DNA of 64,000 nucleotides. Source: Nitrosopumilus sp. (GTDB taxonomy: Archaea > Thermoproteota > Nitrososphaeria > Nitrososphaerales > Nitrosopumilaceae). Positions 44,487 to 57,245 of this stretch are shown one piece after another (positions within the stretch are counted from its first letter, which is position 1; every line of letters starts with the position of its first letter). The stretch covers positions 160,001-224,000 of the forward strand of contig CBDBGZ010000004.1 of assembly GCA_965205425.1 (NCBI GenBank), in the 5' to 3' direction. The notes beneath the pieces are model-generated. The model was not told the origin of the DNA, made no database searches, and saw only the letters and a list, made by a program, of their open reading frames with translations. A program made the translations under genes and the position numbers.

Positions 44487-45168
44487 TGTAATTCAATTCC
44501 GCATCCACTATTTCAAACCTTCCTCTATATCCATCCCAATTTTTTTCAGCTTGGTTAATTTTGATCGAATGTGAAAACAAAGGACAATTTATTACAAAAG
44601 TTTCAGCCTCGCCACCTTCAAAATTTAAATTAAATCCAAATTTTTCAGATAATGATTTCAACAAAACAATATCAGGTTTTGAAATAATTTTTCCCAACCA
44701 AGAATCATCCAATCCATCAGAAGATACAGTAGTCATTATAAAATCGAATTTTGAATTTACTAATTCATTCATATAAAATTCGGGTTCAGTATCCCATAAT
44801 GGAGAAATTACATTCAAATTTAATTTTGTGCAGATATTTTCAAATTTTTCTTTTTGGAATTTACTTTTAATTCCACCATGAACTAATCCATCTATTTGGT
44901 ATTGATCAATTGCACTTTGCAATAAATTTTCCATTAATGATAATTCATCATCAGTTTGATCAGAGTTTGATGTAATGGTTAATTGTGGAATTTTCATTGA
45001 GTCAGACTGTAGTTTTGTCCATTTCATGTTTGGATGGTGGAGTAGATGACTCTCATCAGACTTTGGAAAAACACTCAAAAGGCATTTAATTTCATGTCCT
45101 TGTTTTTGTGCCAGATAGATTGCATATGTACTATCTTTACCACCTGAAAAAAGGGAAGCTAATTTCAT
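44479..45168 (-). CDS. dph6: diphthine--ammonia ligase
   Basis: SGGKDS PP-loop, EGGEAETFV. Confidence 0.88.
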   Translation of the reverse strand: MKLASLFSGGKDSTYAIYLAQKQGHEIKCLLSVFPKSDESHLLHHPNMKWTKLQSDSMKIPQLTITSNSDQTDDELSLMENLLQSAIDQYQIDGLVHGGIKSKFQKEKFENICTKLNLNVISPLWDTEPEFYMNELVNSKFDFIMTTVSSDGLDDSWLGKIISKPDIVLLKSLSEKFGFNLNFEGGEAETFVINCPLFSHSIKINQAEKNWDGYRGRFEIVDAELNYNA

Positions 45169-45281
45169 ATTCTAAAAAATATTTAATTCAATAAATTTAA
45201 AAAATTTATTGAAAAAGATGCTTCAATACTCATAATCGTCATCACCAAATCAGACGGCTTTTCCGATAATCATCAGCATCC

Positions 45282-45695
45282 TCAATCGCTTTTAATGCGC
45301 ATTATTTTAGTTCTATCCATAACAACCCAGTATTCTACATTTTGACCATTTTCCAATTTACCTTTGACTTCATCATCAATCAAAGAAATGTCAACAGTCT
45401 CAAATGATTCAGAATCCATAACTTGTATGGTATCACCATTAATTGAGATAATTTGACCAACTTTTTTGTTAATCATTGGAATGTGAATTTGCATACTGAC
45501 AGGGCCTACATGAGGTCTTTTTTGACCATCAAAAATTCCTTGACCGACAATTCTTGCTTTTGCTGCACCGTGTTTACCTGGTTTTGAAGTATCATATTCT
45601 ACAATTTTACATGGCTCTCCACTAGGTTGATCAGAGTGAGGCAATAGAATGTATGATCCAATTTTCAATGAACCAAGATCAGATGGTTTACTCAT
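45282..45695 (-). CDS. eif5a: translation factor eIF-5A
   Basis: SKPGKHGAAK hypusine motif. Confidence 0.97.
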   Translation of the reverse strand: MSKPSDLGSLKIGSYILLPHSDQPSGEPCKIVEYDTSKPGKHGAAKARIVGQGIFDGQKRPHVGPVSMQIHIPMINKKVGQIISINGDTIQVMDSESFETVDISLIDDEVKGKLENGQNVEYWVVMDRTKIMRIKSD

Positions 45696-45789
45696 GAAAA
45701 ACAGTTTTTGGTCGAATATTTAACGTTTACACACGTAAACCAAGTAGAAAATAATTTTGAAATTACAATTGAAAAAAACAATCAGTCAC

Positions 45790-46908
45790 TATACTTCCTA
45801 ACACAAGTTCATCAACCATCTTCTCGCCGTATTACTTGAGAATGTCTAAATTGAATCGTCTGGTTCTGTAATATTTGGAGATGTTATTTTTTAGATTACT
45901 TGGAGATGGCAGATACTGTGAGACCAACAAATTGTATTTTCCTTAGCTTTCATACTTTCTCAACTGCATTAAACTGTGGTTGAGCCTTTTGGAGACCAAT
46001 TCAATAGAATATCATTGCATTCTCATCAAGATATTTTTGTACTAGTTTTGATCTGTGTTGTGGTGCTCAGTCTGCATAGACTAGAATCTTGCCAAACTTT
46101 CTGTGCAATTCCTTTAGATAATCCAAAAAAAACAGTACTGATCAAATTTTTTATATTGTCTGAATAATTGTCTGCAGTCATGAGTCAGTGCACCAAAAAT
46201 GATTGTCTTTTGATGTGACCCGTTTACTAGAATAATTGGACGTGTTCCTTTCTTTATCGCCCACACATCTTTTTTCTAAATAATGCATCAGCAGTAAAGA
46301 TGGACTCGTCTTGTGCAAGAACTGTAAACTCTTCTCTGCTATTTTTGAGGCTATTTGTTCTTTGGAGTTTCTTAAAACCAGAGTTTTTCCTCAATACTAG
46401 CTGAATTTACAAATCTTTTTGCTGCAACCTTTGGAACAAATCCCACCTGTGTAATAATCTGTACACATGTACCTCATTATATTTTACACCTGATTTTTGA
46501 TAAATCAGATTCATCACTTGTTTTGCACTCCAGCCTGACTGGTTTTCTGCAATTTGCAGTTGGATGCTGACTAGTTTCTTTTTTGGCATATGCATACTAG
46601 TTGGCCTTTGGATCCTTGGTTTGTCATACATACCATCTATTCTTCTCTCCCTCTTTGAATCTATCTAACCATTTGTATGCCCATGAACGTACACGCCTAA
46701 GACTCTTTGCAACATGTGATGCAATCTGTTTGTCAAGTAAGACTTGTTTTATCAAAAATAATCTCTCTTTTACCTTGACGTTCTTTTCATTTTTGTATGC
46801 TTGAATTAATTGTAAATTATTCATGGTTTGATGTGTAATGTTTTGATCAATATGGCATTTGGTAAAATAAATTAGGTGAATGGATCATAAAATTTTGTTA
46901 GAGAGTAT
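45790..46908 (-). mobile_element. degraded IS630-family IS
   Basis: EKNVKVKERL HTH fragment, AQDESIF, KGSTTV/NAVE remnants; tatact...agtata ends. Confidence 0.75.
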
Positions 46909-47139
46909 ATGCCGAATTCAAGAGAGTAAATGAAGTTACAAAAATAGAATTAACGCCAAAATCATTAAGAATGATTTTTGTTGAAAGGTGCATTGACTGT
47001 AACATTGACAAAAATGTGATTGACATATTTGAGGGTCGAACCCTAAAGGTGTTCAATCCAAAATTTATAGAAACTATTCCCCTGAGAGACTAAAAGAACA
47101 TTACAACAAAGTTGAAGAGTCTTTGATTTTGTGAATAAT

Positions 47140-48012
47140 TCAAAGATTTGAAATTTCATCTAGAATTGTATTTGCAAATCTTCTTTTTGCATTTTTAGTT
47201 TTTATAATTTTTTTCAAGTGTGGGATTAATTCTTTGTCTCCAAAGGATAGTTTTAACACATTATAATATTCCAGTATAGTAGAATCATTTTCCTCACAAG
47301 ATATTTTCTCCATCATATTTTCTGCCCTTGATATTTTATCTTCAAGTAAAAGATGACTCATTGCATGTTGTAAAAATATCTGTACTATCTCACCATGTCT
47401 TGGTTCAATTGATACTGTTAATCTGAATTTTGACATTTTTTCAAATTCTGAAATAATTTTTTGTGTGGTACTGTCAAATTTCATGTAATAGCGTTGCATT
47501 AATGGTGATACCTGACGTAATAAGATTTCATCGAATTCATAATTTTTTGATAGGTTTCTTTCTGCATCAATGACTAGTTCTATTATTACAAATACAAACC
47601 TCAAAGGATCTCTTATTTCAGATTTTTTATACTCTACAGGATAATTTGTAAACATTTGATTTAGCAGGTTAATTGCATGTGCTGATAGTAAGCCTCTTTT
47701 TTTGTCAACATTGAGAGTTTTGATTATTTTTAGTAGGATTACAGAAAATATAGAATAATTCTTCGCAGATGCTCCGTTATTTTTCAAACATTGAATCTCA
47801 AAATTATTTGCAAATTCATCTAGAATTTTTGGAATTTGTTCAGTTTGTTCTATATTTCTGAAATTGATTATTTTGCCTGTGTCTTCTTTTGATGGGAATA
47901 GTGGACTTGCTAGTTTTAATGCACTTTGGATTGATGTTAATTTGCTTTTGTTTCCCTTACCGTATTTGCTTTTTTGTAGGGCTTGAATTGATTTAATCAA
48001 TGAATCATGCAA
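47140..48012 (-). CDS. hypothetical protein
   Basis: 290-aa ORF, host-like composition. Confidence 0.75.
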   Translation of the reverse strand: MHDSLIKSIQALQKSKYGKGNKSKLTSIQSALKLASPLFPSKEDTGKIINFRNIEQTEQIPKILDEFANNFEIQCLKNNGASAKNYSIFSVILLKIIKTLNVDKKRGLLSAHAINLLNQMFTNYPVEYKKSEIRDPLRFVFVIIELVIDAERNLSKNYEFDEILLRQVSPLMQRYYMKFDSTTQKIISEFEKMSKFRLTVSIEPRHGEIVQIFLQHAMSHLLLEDKISRAENMMEKISCEENDSTILEYYNVLKLSFGDKELIPHLKKIIKTKNAKRRFANTILDEISNL

Positions 48013-48442
48013 TGTTTTACCATGAAATTTCTTTTTGATAAATGTAGATATTAAATAAAAAATAAAAAATATGCAAGTAGAGTATTCTACTTTGCAATTA
48101 TGGTTTGTCTTTTCATCAGTTCTTTTCTGTCTACGTTGATTGTGTATTTGCCACGACCGTAAGGCTCAGGCGGTATAGGGATTTGCTGACCTACCATCTT
48201 TATCGTGTCATTTCCGAATTTATCAATCAATGAATTCTTTGACTGTTTGTTTAGAGTCCATACTCCGAATAATTTATAAAATTCTGACTTTCTATATATA
48301 CCAGTGTTTCCACTCCACGTATAATTTTAGAATCTTTATTTTTCTTCTTCAAAATGATTTCTGGAAAAAATATTATTCAGGATATATGATCATATTGTAA
48401 TCACTAGTGCTAATATGGAATTGTGCTTTTATAGAAAAAATG

Positions 48443-49810
48443 GTATGTGTTTAGGTCACGCCTAGATTAAACCGAATAATTTAGATCAGAGAAGAATTTT
48501 CAAGAAATAATGGACTCTAAACCGTGCAAAAACTGTGATGATTTGGCAAGAAAAAATATAGAATTGGAAATCAAAATCAAGCAGCTGGAATCAAAATTAT
48601 CTTACTATGATAACCCAAACTCTCCGCCATCATCTGATTCTCTCCATTGGAGGAAACAAAAGAAGAACAGAAAATCAAACCATCACAACAAACCAGGACA
48701 AAAGCCGGGACACAAGGGAACAACTACTAATTTCAAACCAACAGAGACCATTCTTCACAAAACAGACCAATGCTCAATATGTAGCAGCAAGAAGATAGAA
48801 CAAACCACACAACAAACCAGAATCATTGCAGAAATTCCAAAACCGCAACCAGTTATCATAACCAAACACGTAATCCACTCATACTTTTGCAACAACTGCG
48901 GCAACACAACGACATCTGATTGTGCAATACCCCAGAAAGGAAATTTGGGATTTAATTTGACAGGGATCATACTATCTCTGTGGTCAGCTAGAATTACACT
49001 AAGAAACATTGCAAAGATGCTTCAATCATTTTATTGTATAAAAATATCTGCAGGTACAATCAACAATTGTCTGTGTAACACTTCTGCAGCACTAGAACCT
49101 GTCGTAGAGAAAATCAGAGATGACATCTGTGCCTCAAAATCTGCGCATTTTGATGAGACAAAATATTCCATTCATGGAAATACGGGATGGGTATGGACTG
49201 GAGTGAACCAGAACTCGTGTTTTATCACAGTTGAGAAAAGTCGAGGCAAAAATGTGTTACAGAAACATTTCCCATCATTTGCAGGAGTTGCAGTCTGTGA
49301 TGGATGGATGCCATACCATATGTTTAGTATCAGACAGAGGTGCTGGGCCCACATACTGCGTGAGGCAAGACACACATCAGAAAAACTAGAAACAGACAAT
49401 TCTACCTCATTGTATCAATCTTTGAAAGAATTGTTTGTATACATCACATTATACAAAATAGAAAAACCAAATTATTTTCTGTATGATTCTGCCATACTGT
49501 CATTGGAGCAAATCCTGTTACAATATACTGATGATGAATCATTACAAAAATTTCTAACCAAGATTAATAACGCAAAGAATAACCTGTTCACATTTTTGCT
49601 ATATCCAGGAGTGGAACCAACAAACAATGCAGCTGAGCGTGCATTACGAGAGTCAGTAATTTGTAGAAAGATTCGTGGATGTGTTAGGAATGAGAAGGGT
49701 ATGAGAATGTTTGGAAATTTAATGAGTTGTATTATGACATGGAAGGTTAGGAATTGCAATATTTTAGATGAAATTGTGAAATATGTGTGAGTCTGGACCT
49801 AAACACGTAC
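48443..49810 (+). mobile_element. IS66-family IS (single-ORF type), transposase 48510-49790
   Basis: IR gtatgtgtttaggtc / gacctaaacacgtac; 8-bp TSD aaaaaatg; NSPPSSD, DET, QRCWAHILR, TNNAAERALR. Confidence 0.93.
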
Positions 49811-50251
49811 AAAAAATGTATAATCAACTTATGAAACAAACACGAACCTTAAACAATTATAAATCCAAAACTAAGCGTACGAATATGGCAAGCAGTATTC
49901 AATTAGTCAAAGATGGTGGTTTTGGGAAATACCAAAAAAGTGAAGGTAAAATCGCATGCAATTACGCAAACGCAGATTTAGCGGTAAAAGCAATGTTAAA
50001 ATTCGTTGAAAAAAAAGCCAATAGATGAGATACGCAGTTTCCCTTTCTAATATTTTTAAAGAACAGTTAGCACATATTGTAGAATTTGATACTCTAACTA
50101 ATTCTAAGAAAGTAATTCAAAATACTAAGCAAACGGCTAAAGAATTAGAAACAATGTAAAGATCAGGAATATCTATGCAAACAACACGTATTCGTTCACC
50201 TGTAACTGGAACAAAGTATATTGTAGTTTATCGGGTAGTCAATAATCCCCA

Positions 50252-51142
50252 TGACCAATTACAGAATTGTAAAACTCTACGAGTTTTATTCTCTCTGGCG
50301 GCGTATGTTGGTATTGTTTTATTGAAGTAACTAGTCTCAGATTTTTTTTGTTGCTAAATTGATGCAGTGAACCGTTGTCATATGCAGGATCACATGAGAT
50401 ATTCTCGACAAATCCTGCAAGATTCAGTTAGTATTTCATACATCTTCTTGTCGTCATAAACATTTGCAGTTGAGACATCAGCAGATAGTGGAACAACCAG
50501 TTTGCCAGTACTACAACTCATATGCAGTTTGTACCCAAATATCCAACCCTTTGATTTTGAAAAACCCCGTTTTGCATCTGTGTCAATTCCTGAGATTGGA
50601 ATTCTATTCTTTTTCATATCTGACTTGTGCCATCTGGACCTGTAGCTTTTAGCATGGAACTATCCACTGATGTAGATATGTCATCGACTAGTTTATCGGA
50701 GATAAACTGATTTCCCATATTACTGATTATATCACCAATTGGCAGAACTTGAAATCGTCTGTCAATGGCTCTTCTGTTTGGAATTTGAGTTAATCTGCAA
50801 ACCTTGAAGAATTTATCATTGGTACCCTTAGTCAAAAGAAAATAATGTAATGTATTGTTGTTTGGAATTCTCATCCATGACTTTATGATGAACAGCTGCT
50901 GTACCATCAGAATTGTAGAGTATAAGTACGGTCTACCAGGTTTTCAGTATCTCCTCATACAAAGACAACATTCCCACCAAATGTAACACACCAATAAGAA
51001 ATGATTCCGATAGAATCTTGCCCTAGGGATTTTCATTTGTTTTGACATTCCAATGAACAAAACATGATAAGATCCTTAGCTTTTTCCATTTGAATAATTT
51101 GAGAATTGACTCAAAAATTAGAATTAGTTATGCTCATGTCTC
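50252..51142 (-). mobile_element. degraded, truncated copy of the IS982/ISNCY-like IS
   Basis: Similar to 57565-58708 with several frameshifts; one IR at 51128-51142. Confidence 0.85.
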
Positions 51143-51475
51143 AAATACACAAATTTCATGAAATATCTCCACTATTGAAAAACAAACTGAAACCAAAATT
51201 ACAACAAATCTAAATATAAAAAGAGGAGATGAAAATGTAATCATTGCAGACCAAAAGTTATTTTAACATTTTCCCTATGCACTGAATGCTTTGTAATAAT
51301 GCTGGTGATTGCTAATCTGTCATCTTTAAAATCAAATGCAGTCTTTGTGTTTGCTAAAAAGAGATTTTGTAGTGATAATATTCCCACCAGTTATGTGTGG
51401 CAACAATTCCATACAAATCTCCTTTATCACTACTCTCAATAACAGTACCACAACATTTCCTCAATTCATCAAACA

Positions 51476-52786
51476 TCAAGAAGATGGATCGTATAATTTA
51501 CCCATAAACAAAATTGCGCCACTGTCATTATCTTCTATTAAGAACAAGAAAGGATGATCTGCTATGAATTTTGGTGGAGGTGGGGGTCCACTCTCACGGA
51601 AGGTGGTAATGGTAGTTACTGCAGTAGCTTCTGTTCCCTCTTCGTTTACCTTGACATATGCATCCTGGGTTGCTTTAGAAACATAGAGTGGACCAAGAGA
51701 CGATGGGCCAATTCCTGTAAGATCAGAAGTGTGCTCATCAAATACATCAAGCATTCCCAAAGCTATGAGATGCTCATTTAGAAAATAATTTGTCTTCATC
51801 TCAAACTTTGGCATCGATACAACAACTGGTGTACTGGACATACTTTTATTCCATTTTTGTATCTGTTGTGCAGAAAGAACATTCTCCTCAAAGTGCTGTA
51901 CATCTAGACTCTCAGGCAATATCACCAGCATGGATAGTCTGTCACCCTCGTATGGCAACCTTAGCACCTGTGCCCCATCAGAGTGAGTGTAATTAAATGA
52001 AGAACGCTGATTCATAAAATCAGCCTTTACACTTGATGTGGCATTTTGTCTAAAGTCTGACTCTATTGTATCCTCTACTGAAAACTGGGAAAGCCATGTT
52101 CCCTTAAAATAAATGGCGTTGTTAATTACCATGGCAGTTGTGGGTTTCAAATCTCCGGGGATTACAACTTTTGTGATTTTGTCATTAGTCTTCTCTGAGG
52201 CCCATTGGTTTATTGTTTCGGCACTGCCCTCAGCATCAGAGCTAAAATCAAGTATTTCAGCAGTTGCAATGTATGTTTTATCTGCAATATCTAGGTATTT
52301 GGGGTATGGTGAGAATATATTGGCAATCCATAATGCGTTTGCAACTTGTAGTGTTGCATAAGGATCATCTGGGTTTAGTGCTGATATCATATGGGCAATA
52401 GAGTTGTGACGTAAAAATGCATCAGGTTCAAATCCAAACACCTGTTCTATCTGTTTGGCAGTATTTTCTCGTGCACCCTCATACAGTAAAGAAAATGCAG
52501 TATACATGCCAGTAGGTGAGAAAAAAATATTCTCATCTGTTGATATCTGTTGGTAAAACTTTACTGCAAATTCGTTATTTGATTGGGCAATTTCTCTAGA
52601 GATTGCAGTATAGTTGTGGTTCAGGCTTGAGGCATCCAGTATCATATGATCATATTCATCTGCAACAGAATTATCTTTCATTGTATCATTTGATGTTAAA
52701 ACATCAGGACCAGATATACCAAGTACAACAGATACAGCTATTATGGATACTATAGCAGATATCACTATTAGATATTGCTTATTCAT
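51476..52786 (-). CDS. serpin (serine protease inhibitor) with N-terminal signal/anchor
   Basis: NIFFSP, NAIYFKGTW, VNEEGTEATA hinge, FIADHPFLF. Confidence 0.95.
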   Translation of the reverse strand: MNKQYLIVISAIVSIIAVSVVLGISGPDVLTSNDTMKDNSVADEYDHMILDASSLNHNYTAISREIAQSNNEFAVKFYQQISTDENIFFSPTGMYTAFSLLYEGARENTAKQIEQVFGFEPDAFLRHNSIAHMISALNPDDPYATLQVANALWIANIFSPYPKYLDIADKTYIATAEILDFSSDAEGSAETINQWASEKTNDKITKVVIPGDLKPTTAMVINNAIYFKGTWLSQFSVEDTIESDFRQNATSSVKADFMNQRSSFNYTHSDGAQVLRLPYEGDRLSMLVILPESLDVQHFEENVLSAQQIQKWNKSMSSTPVVVSMPKFEMKTNYFLNEHLIALGMLDVFDEHTSDLTGIGPSSLGPLYVSKATQDAYVKVNEEGTEATAVTTITTFRESGPPPPPKFIADHPFLFLIEDNDSGAILFMGKLYDPSS

Positions 52787-52866
52787 TGGTATTCTCTCCA
52801 GATTCTGGTATGACTATGGCATATGGTTCACGCTCATGGTTATCTGTATCATCGTACACATCAACC

Positions 52867-53902
52867 TGTTGTATCCCAAAATCAGTTCGTCCCTTATTTG
52901 ACATCGTATTCTTCTCCTGTCTGCTCATCAATAACTCTTGTTCTTTTCTCTGGCATCTTTCTTGCATATGCCTTTACAGGGGTCTCAAGATTATCCCAGT
53001 CAAGTGACATGTGTGGTTTGATGTGGTTGTACCAGTGGACCAGCTCATCAATGGTGCCAAACCATTTGTGCTTTCTCTGAATCTGCCGTGAAATCTTTCG
53101 AGCTTGCCATTGGTTTGAGGATGGTTTACTCTTACCATGATATGCTTTATCTCTAATTTTACCAGTTCTTGCTCAAACTGTGATGCTCCTCTTCTCTTGT
53201 ATTCTGATTGGTTTGCATAAAACTGAGAGCCATGATCAGTTAGAATTGATGCAGGCCTACCGTGCTTTGCAATTGCCTCATGTAATACCACAAGTGCGTT
53301 ATCTGTTGTTGCCTCTGCAAACACTTCATGAGAAACGATAAATCTTGATGCGTCATCCTGGTAACACAAGAACCATCTGCCATCGTCTAACTGCTTCCAG
53401 TCAGTATGCCATAGTGAGTTTGAATATGTCCTCTCGTATCTAACCCACTTTTGTCTTCTCCTCCTCTTTGGCTGAGCTTCTGCCCCCCCCCTTCATCTCT
53501 CATAATTTTGTGTATGGTATTGTGAGGTATGTGTGTTCCAGCAGTATCAATTATTTTCTCCAGGAATACTGCAGAACACCTGAACTTTTCAAATGTAGAC
53601 TGGACAGTCTGCACCATCTGCTCTGTGATTATTCCCTTTGGCCTTCTAGGCTTGCCTAGAATCGGAACTGCACCAGTACGGCGATACCGTCGTGAGTAGA
53701 GTTTCTGCACCCAACGAACAGACATCTTCATGGATGAGGCTACGTCTGTTGCGTTCTTGGCACCATCCTCTTTTGACTTTATTATCCAGGATATCTGGAT
53801 TGGATCTAACTTTTGCATAATCTTGTGATTCTTTCCTCTTTTCCAAACGTATCTTGACTTTAGTTTGGAAATAATGGGGTGAACTAATTTGAGGATAATA
53901 GA
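52867..53902 (-). mobile_element. IS481-like IS type A, copy 2, frameshifted
   Basis: Similar to 13861-14889 with indels; no TSD. Confidence 0.9.
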
Positions 53903-54014
53903 AGTCTTTTAATTTGTAAAAATCTTTAAAGCGATCAAGATTCTTGATATATTCTATTTTAGTTGCTTTGGATTTTATGTCATTTTCAAATAATAACAGT
54001 GATCTTTGCTTCAT
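53903..54014 (-). pseudogene. N-terminal fragment of a third tyrosine integrase
   Basis: MKQRSLLLFENDIKSKATKIEYIKNLDRF resembles FYNSIKTHATRRSYVYGLDRF of 40681-41928. Confidence 0.6.
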
Positions 54015-54040
54015 ATTGACACTATAGAACAAATTTACTA

Positions 54041-54946
54041 GGTGATTATCAATTATTCACCACCAACACATAATCTAACAATAATGAGAAAGTATCCTCA
54101 TCTCTGTTGTTATATCTCCATTCCATCTCCTTGATGTACAACAAAAACTTTCCTGGACTTACTCCGTGATGCTTTGCCATGTTCTCTTTTGCAAAACTCC
54201 AAAACCCTTCGATTCCATTTATGTAAACATCGCCTTTACCAAACATTTTGCTGTGGTCTATTGAGAGATGCTTGTAACCATTGAAAATTAGAGAATCATA
54301 TCCTTTCCACTTGTCCGTATACACAATACTTCCTTTCTTTACTTTCTTGATGGTGCTTGCAAGAAGAGTTTTAGCTTTGACGTTGTTTACAATCTCAACG
54401 TGAACTTTTCCCTTTCTTTCCAGTATGCCAAATACGATGGTCTTGTTCTTGGCACCTCTGCCACGATTTCCCTTTCTTTTTCCTCCAAAATACGCCTCGT
54501 CAGCCTCAATTTTCCCTTTTAGTTTCTTGTCAGATTCTGCTAGATGATACAGTATGGCATATCTAATACAATCAAAAGCATTTAGTGCAGTTGGATAACT
54601 GACATCCGCTTCTCTAGCTGCACGTCTTGCACTAATCCCAAGATCAAATAGTTTGACTAGGGCCAACCATTTTGTAAAATTAATGTTGATGATATCAAAC
54701 CATGTTCCAGCAAACGGTCTATAATTTGTCTTGCAATCTTTGCATCTTAGTTTCCCTCTTGAAATAATATAGTAATTCTCAGAGTTACATGATGAACAAT
54801 GAATTGTGTTTTTCTTTTTGAATTGGTTGCAGAGAAATTCCAATGCCGTTGATTTGTTGTGAATTATTTTAGATAACTCAATTATGTTGATTGTTTTTTC
54901 CAATAATTACTCAAAAATAGTTGGTGGTAATAGGTTTACAATCACC
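54041..54946 (-). mobile_element. IS1595-family IS, intact transposase 54049-54903
   Basis: ggtgatt/aatcacc ends; 8-bp TSD atttacta. Confidence 0.93.
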
Positions 54947-54989
54947 ATTTACTATTATACTTGCCTTGCACGTAGAAACTTTAACTTTT

Positions 54990-55601
54990 CTACTTTAGTT
55001 GATCAAGAATTGATAGACTCATCAAATTGGTCATCGTCATTCCTTTTCGATTAATATCCCGTCTAGTTTGATCACAGTATTTCTTTACACTTTGATGACT
55101 CTTTTCACTAGCAACTTCTATCACTACAATATTTTCAGAGTAAGGAAATGTAAATTTTGATGTGTTTAAGCAAAATGTGTTCATATTTCCTAATCCTGCT
55201 ATCTCAATTTTCTCTCTTTTTAGTAAAAGATTAGCAATTTCTTGTAAATCCTCACCATCATCACCATATTCTAAATAGTATACAGAGACAAAATTTGTAT
55301 CTCCCTGAACTTCTCTTTGAAAAAGATCATCTTTGATATTGAACATAAAAGAAGTTTTTTCTTGGTTGTGTGCTTCAAGATCTTTTGAAATCTGTTCACT
55401 GTCTTTGAATTTGGCTAAAATGTAATGATTTGTAGAATCTGAAAAGTATGGTTTGCTTTCAGTAGAAAAGGTACCAGTTACAAAATATAATTTTTCAATA
55501 TTTTTTGAATTAGTCCAAGTTTCTTTTAGTTCAACAGATTCATGATTATGCAAATAAGGTGCACAAACATATCCAGAATAAGACAATGCTAGTTTGGACA
55601 C
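54990..55601 (-). CDS. hypothetical protein
   Basis: 203-aa ORF in core context. Confidence 0.75.
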   Translation of the reverse strand: MSKLALSYSGYVCAPYLHNHESVELKETWTNSKNIEKLYFVTGTFSTESKPYFSDSTNHYILAKFKDSEQISKDLEAHNQEKTSFMFNIKDDLFQREVQGDTNFVSVYYLEYGDDGEDLQEIANLLLKREKIEIAGLGNMNTFCLNTSKFTFPYSENIVVIEVASEKSHQSVKKYCDQTRRDINRKGMTMTNLMSLSILDQLK

Positions 55602-55711
55602 GATATTTTCAACATCTTTTCAGGGTATTTATGTTTATGAGATCAAAACGATCAATATCAAAAAACCACCTACGATAGTTTTTTAATAGTAGAGATCTTC
55701 GTTTTTTTTGT

Positions 55712-55838
55712 CCCGTGGTAGCTCAGCCTGGTAGAGCTTCCGGCTGTAGTTGTTGGCTTTAGATGGCTGACCGAAAAACAGCATATCAGGCATACAGAAA
55801 CCGGGTTGTCGGTGGTTCAATTCCGCCCCGCGGGACCA
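55712..55838 (+). tRNA. tRNA-Tyr(GTA) with a 50-nt intron at 37/38 (55750-55799), CCA encoded
   Basis: CCCGTGG/CCGCGGG acceptor (C1-G72, A73), anticodon GTA 55746-55748, BHB helix CTGT/ACAG. Confidence 0.93.
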
Positions 55839-55927
55839 CATATTTTTTTAAAACAATCTTAAAAATAATAAAAAGATAGACTAGTTTAAGAAAACAAAAT
55901 GAAATCTTAAATTAAGAAATTTTTTGC

Positions 55928-56122
55928 CTATGCTGATTTTTTGACTTGTTGTGCTGCTGGGCCTTTTTGACCTTCGCCTACTACAAACTCGACTTTATCG
56001 CCTTCGTTGATGAATCCGTCAACATCTGATTTGTGAACAAACAGATCGTCTCCACCTTCTCTTTCAATAAAACCAAAGCCTTTTGTTCGGTTGAACCATT
56101 TTACAGTTCCTGTTTCTGACAT
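55928..56122 (-). CDS. cold-shock protein
   Basis: GTVKWFN.TKGFGFI, LFVH. Confidence 0.93.
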   Translation of the reverse strand: MSETGTVKWFNRTKGFGFIEREGGDDLFVHKSDVDGFINEGDKVEFVVGEGQKGPAAQQVKKSA

Positions 56123-56189
56123 TACCTTGAAACAATATATTCACTATATTAACTAAAGCATCAAGATGAAATTGAGTTACAGGTGAAGA

Positions 56190-56501
56190 TCAGAAATCTT
56201 TTGCAATGTGATTATTGTCTTTAAGCCATTCAACTTGTGGAAGAGTGAATCTCCAAACAATATCTCCACGTTCACTCTCTTTAAAATCCCAAGGGGCAAT
56301 AATTACAATATCGTTATCTCTGATCCAAACTCTTCTTTTTAGCTTGCCTCTAATTCTTCCACGTCTAGTAACATTATCATCACATTTGATCATTACATTT
56401 TCTCCCCCTAGCATTTTCAATACACGCCCAAATAGTTCACCCTCTTCAGGTAATCGAATTTCTTTTAGTGCACTTTCATTTTTTACTTGGCGCTTACCCA
56501 T
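56190..56501 (-). CDS. eif1a: translation initiation factor eIF-1A
   Basis: RGRIRGKLKRRVWI, PWDF; start placed at MGKRQ. Confidence 0.93.
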   Translation of the reverse strand: MGKRQVKNESALKEIRLPEEGELFGRVLKMLGGENVMIKCDDNVTRRGRIRGKLKRRVWIRDNDIVIIAPWDFKESERGDIVWRFTLPQVEWLKDNNHIAKDF

Positions 56502-56607
56502 AATGCTCATTATCATTATGAGCATATAACTTGTAGGGTTTTTGTAGAAACCAAATTTAGCATATTTCATTCACAAGAGATTTTTATCTAGATTTCACAA
56601 GAAAAAC

Positions 56608-57171
56608 ATGGAATTTCGATGCATCGATGATTGTTCTCAATGCTGTATTGAAAGGGAGTATTATCCAAGTAAAAAATTTGGAAAAATTGGAGTTTTGATT
56701 TTACCAGAAGAAAAAGATAGAATTGAAAAACTTGCAATAGAAAATGGAATTGAAATTAAAATTTTGCCAAGGATAGGTATTTCTGATAATAAAAATTTAG
56801 AACCAACAAAAGTTTTAGCATATCAATTAATGGGATCTGAGAAAAATGGGAACACATGTCCATTTTTAGATATAGATAGTGGTAAAAAATCACCACATGG
56901 AGGTTTCCCATGTAAAATTTACAATGAAAGACCACTTGCATGTTCAGCATATCCACTAATTGAATCAGAACCAATAACACTTGATGAAAAATGCAAGTTT
57001 TGTAAAGAAAATGGCAATGCAGATAAAAATCTAAATTCAGAAATAGAATCACTCTTAAAAATTAAAGAAAAGATGATCCCAGATTCTGGACATGTTTGGA
57101 GATATGCAACAAATGTTGGAGAGCCAGAAGATCAAGAGATGATGACATCAGGATGGATTTTAGAAGAGTAG
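56608..57171 (+). CDS. YkgJ-family Cys-cluster protein
   Basis: CSQCC, CPFL, CKIYNERPLACSAYP. Confidence 0.85.
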   Translation: MEFRCIDDCSQCCIEREYYPSKKFGKIGVLILPEEKDRIEKLAIENGIEIKILPRIGISDNKNLEPTKVLAYQLMGSEKNGNTCPFLDIDSGKKSPHGGFPCKIYNERPLACSAYPLIESEPITLDEKCKFCKENGNADKNLNSEIESLLKIKEKMIPDSGHVWRYATNVGEPEDQEMMTSGWILEE

Positions 57172-57245
57172 GTATTCTCAAAAATAAGAATTAGTGTAAA
57201 TTCAACCAAAAATTCAAAAGGCATTACAACTTTGGTTTGATATGA

